From: Acidobacteriota bacterium
GTDB lineage: Bacteria > Acidobacteriota > UBA6911 > RPQK01 > JADFOI01
Length of the DNA stretch: 64,000 nucleotides
NCBI GenBank assembly: GCA_963663035.1
Contig: OY760074.1
Span: 2,528,001-2,592,000 of the forward strand
Reading direction: 5' to 3'
A model generated the notes under the pieces. The model searched no databases. It had not been told where the DNA came from and worked only from the letters and a program-made list of their open reading frames with translations. The position numbers and the translations under genes are program-made. The stretch's first letter is position 1, and each line of letters starts with the position of its first letter. This document shows positions 28,876-37,864 of the stretch, piece by piece.

Positions 28876-29412
28876 ATGACCTTCACAGTGACAGCAATAT
28901 TTCTTCTGCTTTCGACTGTTGCCACCGGTCAGAGCCTCCAGAAACCCACCATCTCCCTGGGCCAGGCCTTAGTTCTTCCCCTGGAGGAAGTCAGCCTCCC
29001 AGTTCAGCTGTCGGGACTGGAGGGAGAGGCCCTCGTTCACTTCAGGCTCAAAATTCAGTTCTCCGCTGTTCCACTCAACTTTGTGCGAGTAGAGATAGAC
29101 GATTCAAGAAGCACCCTCTCCATCGCTACGAACCTGGAGTCCGAAAGGCAAGATGCTGACACTCAAGAGGAGGACAAAATAGCCACCCTGCTGCTTGAAG
29201 CGACTTCCACCGAGCCCATCTCGGAAGGAGAGCTGCTGGAGTTGATCTTTGAAGCAACAGATGAGATATATGAGAACGAAGAGCTTGTGATTAAAATTTT
29301 AGAGGCTTCCCTGACAAGGGCCGATGGAGAGCAGGTCCAGGAGTTGGAGCTCGAGGACGGTAAAGTGATGATCTCAATTCCTCTTTTTTCCTGTCTCTTT
29401 TATATGCACTAG
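28876..29412 (+). CDS. Exported acidic cohesin-like beta-sandwich protein ending in SCLFYMH
   Basis: Signal peptide; VSLPVQL, LKIQFS..PLNFVRV, ISEGELLELIF and DGKVMI pattern is cohesin-like; fold is inferred. Confidence 0.6.
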   Translation: MTFTVTAIFLLLSTVATGQSLQKPTISLGQALVLPLEEVSLPVQLSGLEGEALVHFRLKIQFSAVPLNFVRVEIDDSRSTLSIATNLESERQDADTQEEDKIATLLLEATSTEPISEGELLELIFEATDEIYENEELVIKILEASLTRADGEQVQELELEDGKVMISIPLFSCLFYMH

Positions 29413-29560
29413 CCGGGATTATGCATAGGTTTTCGTGACGAAGTGCCGCAGGCGCCGCGATGACAAGGCGTGCGAGGGGTACCCGCTTGCGGGTCGCACA
29501 ACGCAGTCAGCGTGGATGATTGCGGCACTGCAGTAGAAAATTTCTGCATAATACCGGCTA
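29410..29560. mobile_element. Hairpin/MITE-like repeat copy
   Basis: TIR tagccgggattatgca / tgcataataccggcta; begins at the upstream gene's TAG and ends at the next gene's RBS. Confidence 0.9.
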
Positions 29561-29574
29561 AAGGAGGTTACTGT

Positions 29575-30942
29575 ATGTCCCGACGCATTGGAGTCATCGT
29601 TTTCTGGTGGGCATTTTGGGTTTTTGGTGTTCAGGTGATTCTGGCAGAGTGGAGCCCACCTGCGGAGATTTCGCGGGAAGAGATCCTCCAGACCTCAAAG
29701 ACCATCTTGGCCCGGCCCGACATCCCCTTAAAGATCAGAGAGGAAGTTTTTCGAATCCGCGTGCTGGAGATGGACTGGGACATGGGAGCCATGGTGTATG
29801 AACCCGAGGATCCTTCCCAGATCCCAAGCGGTCCGGATGGCAAAAAACTCGGGATATTTCTCCTTCACGGAGGATCGGGAGATCATCGAGAGACACAGGT
29901 AGTGGCCAATCTACTGGCCGGAAAGTTTGGGTTCAAGGTGGTCAGCATGACCTACCCGGGCCGGTTGTATCTGCTGGATCCGAGTCGAGACTGGCCGGGA
30001 GACACCATCAAGCCCGACGGGACAGTGCGGACGCCCATCTGGGAGAAGGATGAGATGATCACGGGGGATCAATATGAGGTGGTGGACGACCAGTCCATGA
30101 TGGAGCGCTACGGCACCGTAATCCTGGCCTGCGCCAAGGAAGACACGCCCTTTTATAACCGGATGGCCGGCTGGCCGGTGGCTTTTGAGGAAGCCGGCCG
30201 GGACCTCATGGGCCGGCACTTTCCGGCAGGGGAGTTTTCCATTTACATCCACGGCCGCTCAACGGGAGGACCTTTTGCCTTTATGCTCACCCAGAGAGTG
30301 TCCAACATTTCCGGTTTCCTGGGAATGGAGAGCTCTCCTTTTGGTTATATCTATGCCCGACAGATCAACCAGAGCTGGCATCTTCCCTTCAACTGCCTGA
30401 AAATCCGCACCTGGCGGGACGTTGCCCGCTATGAAGGCCCCGAAGCGCTGGACCGGGAAGGAGCGGAGGCTTTGAAGCGCTTGCCCATGCTGATGGAAAG
30501 GGTCTTTGAAAGCTGGGAAAGGGACACCTACAAACCTCTCTTCAAGGCGGAGTACCCGATCCACTTAAATGGCGTAGAGGCTCTGGCCGCAGCGGCCCAG
30601 GCCACAGCCCGCCGCCTGAACCTGAGCGCTGGGGAGACTGAAGAGTTGGTTCGACAGTACAAAGGTTATACCAGAGAGCTCTCCGGCCAGGGCGTCAACC
30701 CCTTCCCCCCGGCGATTTTAGGCACTGCCCTCTCCAGCTGCGACCACAGCCCCGAGATATATCAGGGGGTCGTCCTTCCCATGTTTGCCGCCATGGATCC
30801 AGCGCCGAAAGTGCACTGGGTCCGCTTTGGAGCCGGGATCCACAAATTCTTTGCCCCGCAACAGGATCTACCTCTAGGTGTGGCTCCGGCCGTGGCCCAG
30901 CTGTGGTATGAGGCCATCATGGAGGGCTATTACAGCAAGTAG
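29575..30942 (+). CDS. Exported alpha/beta-hydrolase-like protein of unknown function
   Basis: RBS aaggagg then ATG 29575; signal peptide; LLHGGSGD, GRSTG elbow, C-terminal GIH. Confidence 0.65.
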   Translation: MSRRIGVIVFWWAFWVFGVQVILAEWSPPAEISREEILQTSKTILARPDIPLKIREEVFRIRVLEMDWDMGAMVYEPEDPSQIPSGPDGKKLGIFLLHGGSGDHRETQVVANLLAGKFGFKVVSMTYPGRLYLLDPSRDWPGDTIKPDGTVRTPIWEKDEMITGDQYEVVDDQSMMERYGTVILACAKEDTPFYNRMAGWPVAFEEAGRDLMGRHFPAGEFSIYIHGRSTGGPFAFMLTQRVSNISGFLGMESSPFGYIYARQINQSWHLPFNCLKIRTWRDVARYEGPEALDREGAEALKRLPMLMERVFESWERDTYKPLFKAEYPIHLNGVEALAAAAQATARRLNLSAGETEELVRQYKGYTRELSGQGVNPFPPAILGTALSSCDHSPEIYQGVVLPMFAAMDPAPKVHWVRFGAGIHKFFAPQQDLPLGVAPAVAQLWYEAIMEGYYSK

Positions 30943-30954
30943 GGGCCAGGCCGC

Positions 30955-32850
30955 TTATTCTTCCCAGCTGTAACGAAGCTGTAAACCTACAGGATCACGG
31001 CCCAGTTCCTGGGCGAATTCCTCACGCAGATAGCGGATCTTACCATCCATCACGGTCATCAGCGGATAGGTTCGGTCCAGCTGCTCCAGTGGAACCGTAA
31101 AGTAATCCTGGTTCAGCACCAGAAAGTCGGCATACTTGCCCGGCTCCAGAGATCCCAATTCGTCTTCCTTCAACAGATACTCCGAGCCCCAGACGGTGGC
31201 CATCTTCAGCACAGTGTTCCGGTCGATAGCCTGGTCAGCGGCGATGATCACCCCCTGCCGGTTCTTTCGTGTGATAAATGGCGTCATCAGCGAAAACAGG
31301 CCATTACTGACTCCACCCTCGCCTTCCCAGGCCACCTTGATCCCTGCCTCCAAGGCTCTTTTTGTGGGCATGACCCATCCCTGATACTTCTCAAAACCGT
31401 ATTTTTCAATCCAGGGTAAGCTGCGACTCAAGGCTGCTGAACCCATACCCAAGAACATTCCCAAGTTCTTGATTCGGGGAAGCTGATCGGGTCGAGGATA
31501 GAGGCCGCCGTGGTCCATGCTCAAGCGCAGCGATCGGATGTAGTCCAGCGTGATTTCCGGACTTCTCTCCATGGCCTCCTCAATGGCGTCCATGAAATGA
31601 TCGGCTGATAAGTCTCCGTAGTTGTGTCCGGCAACCACCCGAGAACCATTTGCCAGCGCCGTGACGATGGTCTGGTAATTCTTCGTTTCCTTCGAATACC
31701 GGCACCATTCATAGTAGTCTTCCTTGTTGCCCTCTGCCGCTAAAGCCTCCGGATCAATGATGGAACTACAAAAGAGCGGAGGACCGTGATCGATCATTCC
31801 CAGACCAATAGCCTGAAACCACATATATTCATTGCCCAATTGAAAAAGATCTCCCAACCGCCGGTAGAATCCCTCGGCATCCCGGTTCATGGTAAAACCG
31901 GTGTAGTGGGTAAAGCCGAAGCGAATCGGGAGTCGGTTTTCCCGAAACAGCCTCATGTAAGCATCCAGGTTCTGGATGCCCATAATATGAGAAGAAAAGG
32001 TGGTGACCCCAGCGGCGGCGTTCTCGAGTAATCCCAGGTGAAGGATCTCTTTTAACTGGTCCGTCTTGTCGGAGAAGTAGCCATCCACCACCACTTCCCG
32101 ACGGTACTCCACCCCCAGATCAGCAAAGCCCACTTCAGTCCAGCCCTCCGGGTAATCCTCAGTCTTACCGCCATACATTTCCTCCAGTTGATTCATGGCC
32201 GCGGTATTGATGATGTAAGCGGGATGAGCCGCCAGAAGAACAGGCTTCTCCAGACCAGTGATCTCGTCAATCTCCTGGGCGGTCATATCCTCTTTTCGCA
32301 GAAAGTCATAGCCCTCTCCCCCACCTGTGCCAAAGGATGGATTGGGCAGATAAAAGAAGCTCCACTGGCCTGGCCTTATATTGCCCATTCGCTCCTTCAT
32401 CAGGGTTTCCAAGTTCTTACGAATCTCAACCCGGTTTTGCCCCGGGACCCGAAAGACCTTCACGGCCGTGGTGTCGGGGTTGTCAGCAACCCATCCATTC
32501 ATGGCGCCATCGTGGATGTGGGTGTGGACATTGATGACACCGGGAATGATGGTCCTTCCTTTGGCATCAATCCGAATCGTTTCGGGCCCGGTATAGCGAA
32601 GGATTTCCGCAGCGCTCCCCAGCTTAAACACCTTGCTGTCACGGACCGCCATGGCCGCGAAGGTTTGCCCCACATTGGGATTGATGTCGTAGTCGTCCAT
32701 GGTGACGATCTTGGCGTTGTAAACGATCAACTCCGGGTAGACCAGCAGGTCGGTAGTAATATCAGCCTGTTGAGCTCGTCCAATCAGAGGAGAGAAAATC
32801 CAGACAAACAAAACAATCCAAATTCTTGCAGTGTGACCGATTTCTTTCAT
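30955..32850 (-). CDS. Exported amidohydrolase-3 (YtcJ-like) protein
   Basis: Signal peptide; YNAKIVTMD, IPGVINVHTH, GHNYGD, MDHG, GSLEPGKYADFLVL. Confidence 0.88.
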   Translation of the reverse strand: MKEIGHTARIWIVLFVWIFSPLIGRAQQADITTDLLVYPELIVYNAKIVTMDDYDINPNVGQTFAAMAVRDSKVFKLGSAAEILRYTGPETIRIDAKGRTIIPGVINVHTHIHDGAMNGWVADNPDTTAVKVFRVPGQNRVEIRKNLETLMKERMGNIRPGQWSFFYLPNPSFGTGGGEGYDFLRKEDMTAQEIDEITGLEKPVLLAAHPAYIINTAAMNQLEEMYGGKTEDYPEGWTEVGFADLGVEYRREVVVDGYFSDKTDQLKEILHLGLLENAAAGVTTFSSHIMGIQNLDAYMRLFRENRLPIRFGFTHYTGFTMNRDAEGFYRRLGDLFQLGNEYMWFQAIGLGMIDHGPPLFCSSIIDPEALAAEGNKEDYYEWCRYSKETKNYQTIVTALANGSRVVAGHNYGDLSADHFMDAIEEAMERSPEITLDYIRSLRLSMDHGGLYPRPDQLPRIKNLGMFLGMGSAALSRSLPWIEKYGFEKYQGWVMPTKRALEAGIKVAWEGEGGVSNGLFSLMTPFITRKNRQGVIIAADQAIDRNTVLKMATVWGSEYLLKEDELGSLEPGKYADFLVLNQDYFTVPLEQLDRTYPLMTVMDGKIRYLREEFAQELGRDPVGLQLRYSWEE

Positions 32851-32956
32851 AGCTTTTCCCCCCTCACTGGATTGAAAACACCCTGTTGAAAATAAAAAAG
32901 GGTCTCAGGCCTTTTCTTCCTTATCCTCTTGTGTTTAGAATACATCGCAAAAAATT

Positions 32957-34837
32957 ATGGGTTGCCCGCTAACCTATAAACTTAGTAAGCCTTTGTCAAG
33001 GTTCGGGCTATCGGAGAGGATCACAAGGAAGGAAGCTATTAAAAAAGGAAACAAGTATCGGATTTTACTTCTCTCAGGCCTGCTGATTCTATTGGTACTG
33101 TACGCCCTCTCTCCCACAACCTCGACGTTGACAACGGTTCGTGGGAATCCCGTCACAGTGGATCAACTGAAACCCGATAAGGTTTTGTTCAATGGCAAGA
33201 TCGTCACCGTTGACCAGGATTTCAGCATCGCCGAGGCAGTGGCGATCAAAACTGGAAAATTCGTGGCGGTGGGCACAAACGCTGAAATCCGGGCGTTGAT
33301 CGGGCCGAACACGGAAGAGATCGATTTGGAGGGAAGAACTGTTTTGCCCGGGTTTACTGATCCGCATGTACATTTTGCCCACAAGGTGGGCAAGATCGAC
33401 GACGCTATTGAAGAGATGTTCAGTCAAGCCCGCTCAATTGAGGAGGTACGGAAGGCAGTACAACTGAAGGCGGCCGAAACTCCTCCCGAAGAGATCATCT
33501 GGTTTTCAAGGGGACCCTCTCGAGAGCGTATGGGGATAGACCGCTGGCCCAACCGCTATGATCTGGATCCGGTGTCGCCGGATAATCCTGTCATTCTGGG
33601 TTTTGCTGCGGATCACGTGACGGTGGTCAACAGTAAGCTGATCGATATGGTGGGCACAATCACCAAGGATACACCACAGCCCTACGAAAGGGGATTCGCA
33701 GGCGAGATCGTCAAGGACCCCGACACCGGAGAGCCCACCGGCATCTTGCTGGAAAAGGGAGCCACCACTCTGGCTCGCGGTCCCTTCAACCTCTACCCCA
33801 CAGAGACGCTCGAAGAGAACATCAAGAGAGGCTCCGAGAAGGTGGTCCAGTACGGCATCACAAGCCTCTTTGACCCCTGCACCAATATCGGAAAGGGCAT
33901 GGACAATCAGCCTGGCTTACAGGCCTACCAGCGCCTCAGTGCACAGGGGGAGCTGACGGTTCGCATCAGTGCCATGATCCGAATGCCCATCCGGGTGCAA
34001 ACCCTTGAAGAGAATCTGGACTTCCTCAAGAACTTTCTCTTTGCTCCCGGATTTCGCAATGATCGGCTCAGAATAGGGACTCTGAAAGTCAGCGTTGATG
34101 GCTCGGGGATGCGCGTGCCCCCGGAAAAGGTAAAGGCCATTCTCAAAGCGGCCCACAAGGCAGGCTGGCAGCTGTATATTCATCTCAGCAGCGGTGAATC
34201 TTTCGATGTCGTGACCGACGCTCTGGAAGAAGCCTATACAGAATTTCCACGCCAGGACGCTCGCCATGTCATCACTCACGCCCGCTGGCCCTCTCAGAAG
34301 AATATCGAAGTTCTGAAGAAATACGATGTCATAGTTGAACCGCAAATGGGTTTCTCCCGGGCCAATGATCCGATTCCGCCGGCCCCCCCTTCGGGCAGGC
34401 TCGCTGAAACCCCAAATAACGCACCCCCCGACCGATATGGACCGAGACCGGCCAGAACCTATCTGGACAATGGCATCCGTGTCATGACCGGCTCAGATCA
34501 GAAGCCCATTGGCCCGTTATTTACAGTCTGGGGGGCTGTGAATCGCTTGCGCAGCTCGGGAAAGGTACTGCAGCCGGAGCAGCGGATGACCCTGGAAGAG
34601 GCCATCCGCGCAATCACGATCGTCCCGGCCTACTCCATCTTTGAGGAGAACATCAAAGGCTCGATAGAGGTTGGGAAATTGGCAGATCTGGTGGTGCTGG
34701 GAAGAGACATTTTGACCGTCCCCCACGAACAAATTCGGGAAGTACCTGTGATGATGACTATGATTGGGGGAAAATTCGTGTATATTAACCCGAATCAGGA
34801 TCCGAATCAGAAGGTTGTGTATCCTTATTTCGGCTGA
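32957..34837 (+). CDS. Exported/anchored amidohydrolase-3 (YtcJ-like) protein
   Basis: Hydrophobic N-terminal segment; NGKIVTVD, PGFTDPHVH, THA, GSD, GSIEVGKLADLVVL; start uncertain. Confidence 0.9.
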   Translation: MGCPLTYKLSKPLSRFGLSERITRKEAIKKGNKYRILLLSGLLILLVLYALSPTTSTLTTVRGNPVTVDQLKPDKVLFNGKIVTVDQDFSIAEAVAIKTGKFVAVGTNAEIRALIGPNTEEIDLEGRTVLPGFTDPHVHFAHKVGKIDDAIEEMFSQARSIEEVRKAVQLKAAETPPEEIIWFSRGPSRERMGIDRWPNRYDLDPVSPDNPVILGFAADHVTVVNSKLIDMVGTITKDTPQPYERGFAGEIVKDPDTGEPTGILLEKGATTLARGPFNLYPTETLEENIKRGSEKVVQYGITSLFDPCTNIGKGMDNQPGLQAYQRLSAQGELTVRISAMIRMPIRVQTLEENLDFLKNFLFAPGFRNDRLRIGTLKVSVDGSGMRVPPEKVKAILKAAHKAGWQLYIHLSSGESFDVVTDALEEAYTEFPRQDARHVITHARWPSQKNIEVLKKYDVIVEPQMGFSRANDPIPPAPPSGRLAETPNNAPPDRYGPRPARTYLDNGIRVMTGSDQKPIGPLFTVWGAVNRLRSSGKVLQPEQRMTLEEAIRAITIVPAYSIFEENIKGSIEVGKLADLVVLGRDILTVPHEQIREVPVMMTMIGGKFVYINPNQDPNQKVVYPYFG

Positions 34838-34848
34838 ATAGTTACGAA

Positions 34849-35730
34849 ATGATACCAGGTGAAATCGAGGAAAACCTCTACTACATCGAGCTCTTCACCA
34901 AGAAGAAGATTCGCAACCCTTTAGTGGGCAACCATATCAGCTTGCTCAAGGGCCACGGCTACGACTTCTGGGACCACAAGAAGTACCAGTTTGGGGACGA
35001 CACCCGGAAAATTGACTGGAATGCGACAGCAAGGATGGGATATACCCTCATCAAAAATACCCATGAGGAGAAGGATATCGATATTTTTGTGATGGGGGAC
35101 TTGTCCAACTCCATGAATTTCGTCACCGGGAGACATTCTAAAAAAGAGCTCTTGATGTACATCACAGCCATGTTGGCCTACTCTGCCTTAGCCGATCAGA
35201 TGCGGGTCGGCTTCCTGGGGTTTTCGGATCAGGTCGAAATCGAGATCAAGCCGAAAAAAGGCAGGGCACACTTGTGGTCAATATTGAACCAGTTGTGGGA
35301 GTTCACACCCCACAAACATAAGACAACCTGCGTCATGCCCGCCTTTGAGCAGCTCCGCCAGTGTTTGAGTAGAATGAGTATTGTCTTCCTGATCTCGGAT
35401 TTCTATTTTCAAGAAGACATGTTCAAAGAACTCATCTTTAAGCAACTGGTTTCCAAGAATGACTTGATTCCCATTCTTCTCAACGACCCCTTCGAAGAGA
35501 ACTTACCCCAGGGGAGCGGTTATCTGCGACTTCGGGACCTGGAAACAGGTCGGCAACAATATGTTCGTCTGTCTGCAAGGAACCGGCTTCTCTACTGTGA
35601 GCATCTCAGAGAACGACATCGTGCCCTGATTAGGCAATTTTATCAGTTTGGTCTAGACTTTCAGGAGATCCAGACGAACGAGTCTTTTTACGAATTGCTT
35701 TTTAGTTTATTTTTGATGAGGAAGAGATGA
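34849..35730 (+). CDS. DUF58 protein (MxaS-like)
   Basis: GHGYDFWDHKKYQFGDDTRKIDWNATAR, DLSNSM, LISDF, LRDLETG. Confidence 0.92.
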   Translation: MIPGEIEENLYYIELFTKKKIRNPLVGNHISLLKGHGYDFWDHKKYQFGDDTRKIDWNATARMGYTLIKNTHEEKDIDIFVMGDLSNSMNFVTGRHSKKELLMYITAMLAYSALADQMRVGFLGFSDQVEIEIKPKKGRAHLWSILNQLWEFTPHKHKTTCVMPAFEQLRQCLSRMSIVFLISDFYFQEDMFKELIFKQLVSKNDLIPILLNDPFEENLPQGSGYLRLRDLETGRQQYVRLSARNRLLYCEHLRERHRALIRQFYQFGLDFQEIQTNESFYELLFSLFLMRKR

Positions 35731-36683
35731 TGCGAAATGGACTGATCACCGTAGTTTTACTTGTTGGCATGACCCTTTCATTGAATGCCCAGACCGAGGA
35801 GGAGGCTCCAACTGACATTAGCTTCGAGAGAAGCATCAGCCAGACCTCAGTGTGGGCGGGGGACCGAGTTCACTATCTGATCACCCTGACGGTAGGGCCG
35901 GATGTGAAAATCGCCATGGGGGACTTTGACGAAGTGAATGTCAGCTTCGAGCCTTTCTTTCTGATGGAATTGGTGCACAGCGAAGAAGTAGTGGGGGAAC
36001 AGGTTCGACATGTCTTCGATTACCTGTTGGCGAACTATGAAATCGGTGACAAGATAGTGGAAATTCCTGGTCTGATCTTTCGCTACGAAACGCCTGGACC
36101 AGTGGAAGCGAACGCAGCCACTACCAAAGAAATGCAGATCCCCCCATTGCCAATATCGGTACGAAGCACACTGAATCAGCCGCTCAATGAATCATGGATT
36201 CTGGAAAACCTTCCCATCACCCAGCTCCCCATCGGAAGTTGGGTGCCCCTTATCGCCGGTCTGGGGGGGTTGCTGATCAGTACCTTGCCGCTGGGAGTTT
36301 GGGTTTGGAAAAAAGTGCCCGACTGGCAAGCACGGAGGCGCCAGTTGAGCCGGAAACAGTTCCTGACCCAATGCTCAGCCTCAATAGGTCAGCTGGAAAA
36401 ACGTTTTCCCAACAACAATGCTGAGATCAAAGATCATTACCACGACCTGGAGCAGATAGTGGGTAAATACATCCATTATTTCTGGGATATTCAAGCCCAA
36501 GGGCTGACCCATGCAGAGTTAGCGACCAGGCTGAAGCAGGGACAGCTCCTCCCCAAGCAAAGTGAAGCTCTTAGTGGAGTTCTTGACCATGGTCAGAGCT
36601 GCCGCTATGCCCCAGATAGCAGCTCCGGGTGGGAAGACACCCTGCGGCAGGATCTCCAGCAAATTAAGCAAATGTGTGTCTAG
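35727..36683 (+). CDS. MxaA/BatD-like membrane protein
   Basis: Signal peptide, beta-rich periplasmic part (GDRVHYLITL), TM helix, cytoplasmic tail; lies between DUF58 and VWA genes. Confidence 0.6.
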   Translation: MMRNGLITVVLLVGMTLSLNAQTEEEAPTDISFERSISQTSVWAGDRVHYLITLTVGPDVKIAMGDFDEVNVSFEPFFLMELVHSEEVVGEQVRHVFDYLLANYEIGDKIVEIPGLIFRYETPGPVEANAATTKEMQIPPLPISVRSTLNQPLNESWILENLPITQLPIGSWVPLIAGLGGLLISTLPLGVWVWKKVPDWQARRRQLSRKQFLTQCSASIGQLEKRFPNNNAEIKDHYHDLEQIVGKYIHYFWDIQAQGLTHAELATRLKQGQLLPKQSEALSGVLDHGQSCRYAPDSSSGWEDTLRQDLQQIKQMCV

Positions 36684-36689
36684 GAAGCC

Positions 36690-37703
36690 GTGCAATTCGA
36701 ACAATTTGACCTCCTGTACAAGGTTCTAATCCCGGTCTTTCTTCTGCTGGCGCTCATCCAGTGGAGGAAGAAAAAGCACTTCCTGGCCCACAGCCTGGTG
36801 AGTGATCCGCTCATGCGATCCATGAAGCCTTCTTCTCTCAGGCTTCTCCCGCGAGTCTTCCTCATCATTGGGCTGGTGGCTGCCGGACTTGCCCTGATGG
36901 AGCCCCGTATTACCTTCCAAGAAGGTGTCACACAGTTGGAAGGGCTGGACATTATTCTGGTCGTCGATCTTTCCTCCAGCATGCAAGAGGTGATGGGGGG
37001 ATGGGAAGAACATCGAGAGATGTACCAGGCACGAGTCCAGGGAGGTGCCACGGGCCTCCCTATTCCTGAGACCCGAATGCAGGCTGTCCAAAACGCCATA
37101 CTGGATTTCGTGTCAAAACGAAAGAGTGATCGACTAGCTCTGGTCACTTTCTCTGAAAGTAGTTACGTGGTCACTCCTCTGACCACTGATCGCACTTATC
37201 TGGAGAAATACATTTCCCTGGTAGATCCAGCCATATTGATCGGTGAAGGGATGACTGCTATTGGGGAAGGCATCAATACGGCGATCGAGCTGTTTCGACG
37301 CGAAGATGATCCGGAAACCAAAAACAAGGTGATTCTTATTTTCAGCGACGGCGAACACAACTATGGAAGAGATCCGGTGGATGCGCTCAGCGAGGCACGT
37401 TTTTATGGTTATCGTGTCTATCTCATTGGGGTGGAGCTGGGAGCAGAGATCACTGGAAAAGAGCGAGTACAGGCGCTCATTCAGGCGATTTCGGACTCAG
37501 GGGGGCAGTATTATGACGCCGCTAACCAAAGCGAACTAGAAAAGGCTTATTCATCGATTGACCAGATTGAAAAGGGGGTGTTTGTCCAGCGGTCTCTGGA
37601 GACCAACGTTCCCTATTATCAGATTTTTCTCTCCACATCCCTCGTCTTCCTCTCGATGAGCCTTGTCCTCAGTACCGTTCCCTATTTCATCGAAATCAGT
37701 TAG
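36690..37703 (+). CDS. Membrane-anchored VWA protein (MxaC/BatA-like)
   Basis: LALMEP, MIDAS VDLSSSM, DRLALVTF, PLTTD, TAIGEGI, FSDGEHN. Confidence 0.9.
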   Translation: MQFEQFDLLYKVLIPVFLLLALIQWRKKKHFLAHSLVSDPLMRSMKPSSLRLLPRVFLIIGLVAAGLALMEPRITFQEGVTQLEGLDIILVVDLSSSMQEVMGGWEEHREMYQARVQGGATGLPIPETRMQAVQNAILDFVSKRKSDRLALVTFSESSYVVTPLTTDRTYLEKYISLVDPAILIGEGMTAIGEGINTAIELFRREDDPETKNKVILIFSDGEHNYGRDPVDALSEARFYGYRVYLIGVELGAEITGKERVQALIQAISDSGGQYYDAANQSELEKAYSSIDQIEKGVFVQRSLETNVPYYQIFLSTSLVFLSMSLVLSTVPYFIEIS

Positions 37704-37864
37704 CTCAGCTAGTGGAGAGGACTCCACAGTCTGCTGGCGTACTAGCTGAAAGGGCAAAGACAGCCTTTCCTCTCTTCCTGATGAAAAACCCCTTCAGTTG
37801 ATGTATAATCAAAGATAACCGACTAATAACTAGGAAATAGCTCAAAGGATAAGAGAGGGAACAA

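Noticed and set aside
29470-29574. N-terminal ORF extension and small repeat-derived ORFs (also 8637, 40604, 53892, 59117)
   Set aside because: They start in or run through repeat/IS sequence; better RBS-supported starts exist or there is no coding signal
37704-37790. Riboswitch upstream of the GWxTD gene
   Set aside because: A hairpin (tcagctagt...actagctga) is present but matches no aptamer consensus I recognise; more likely a 3' stem of the VWA operon
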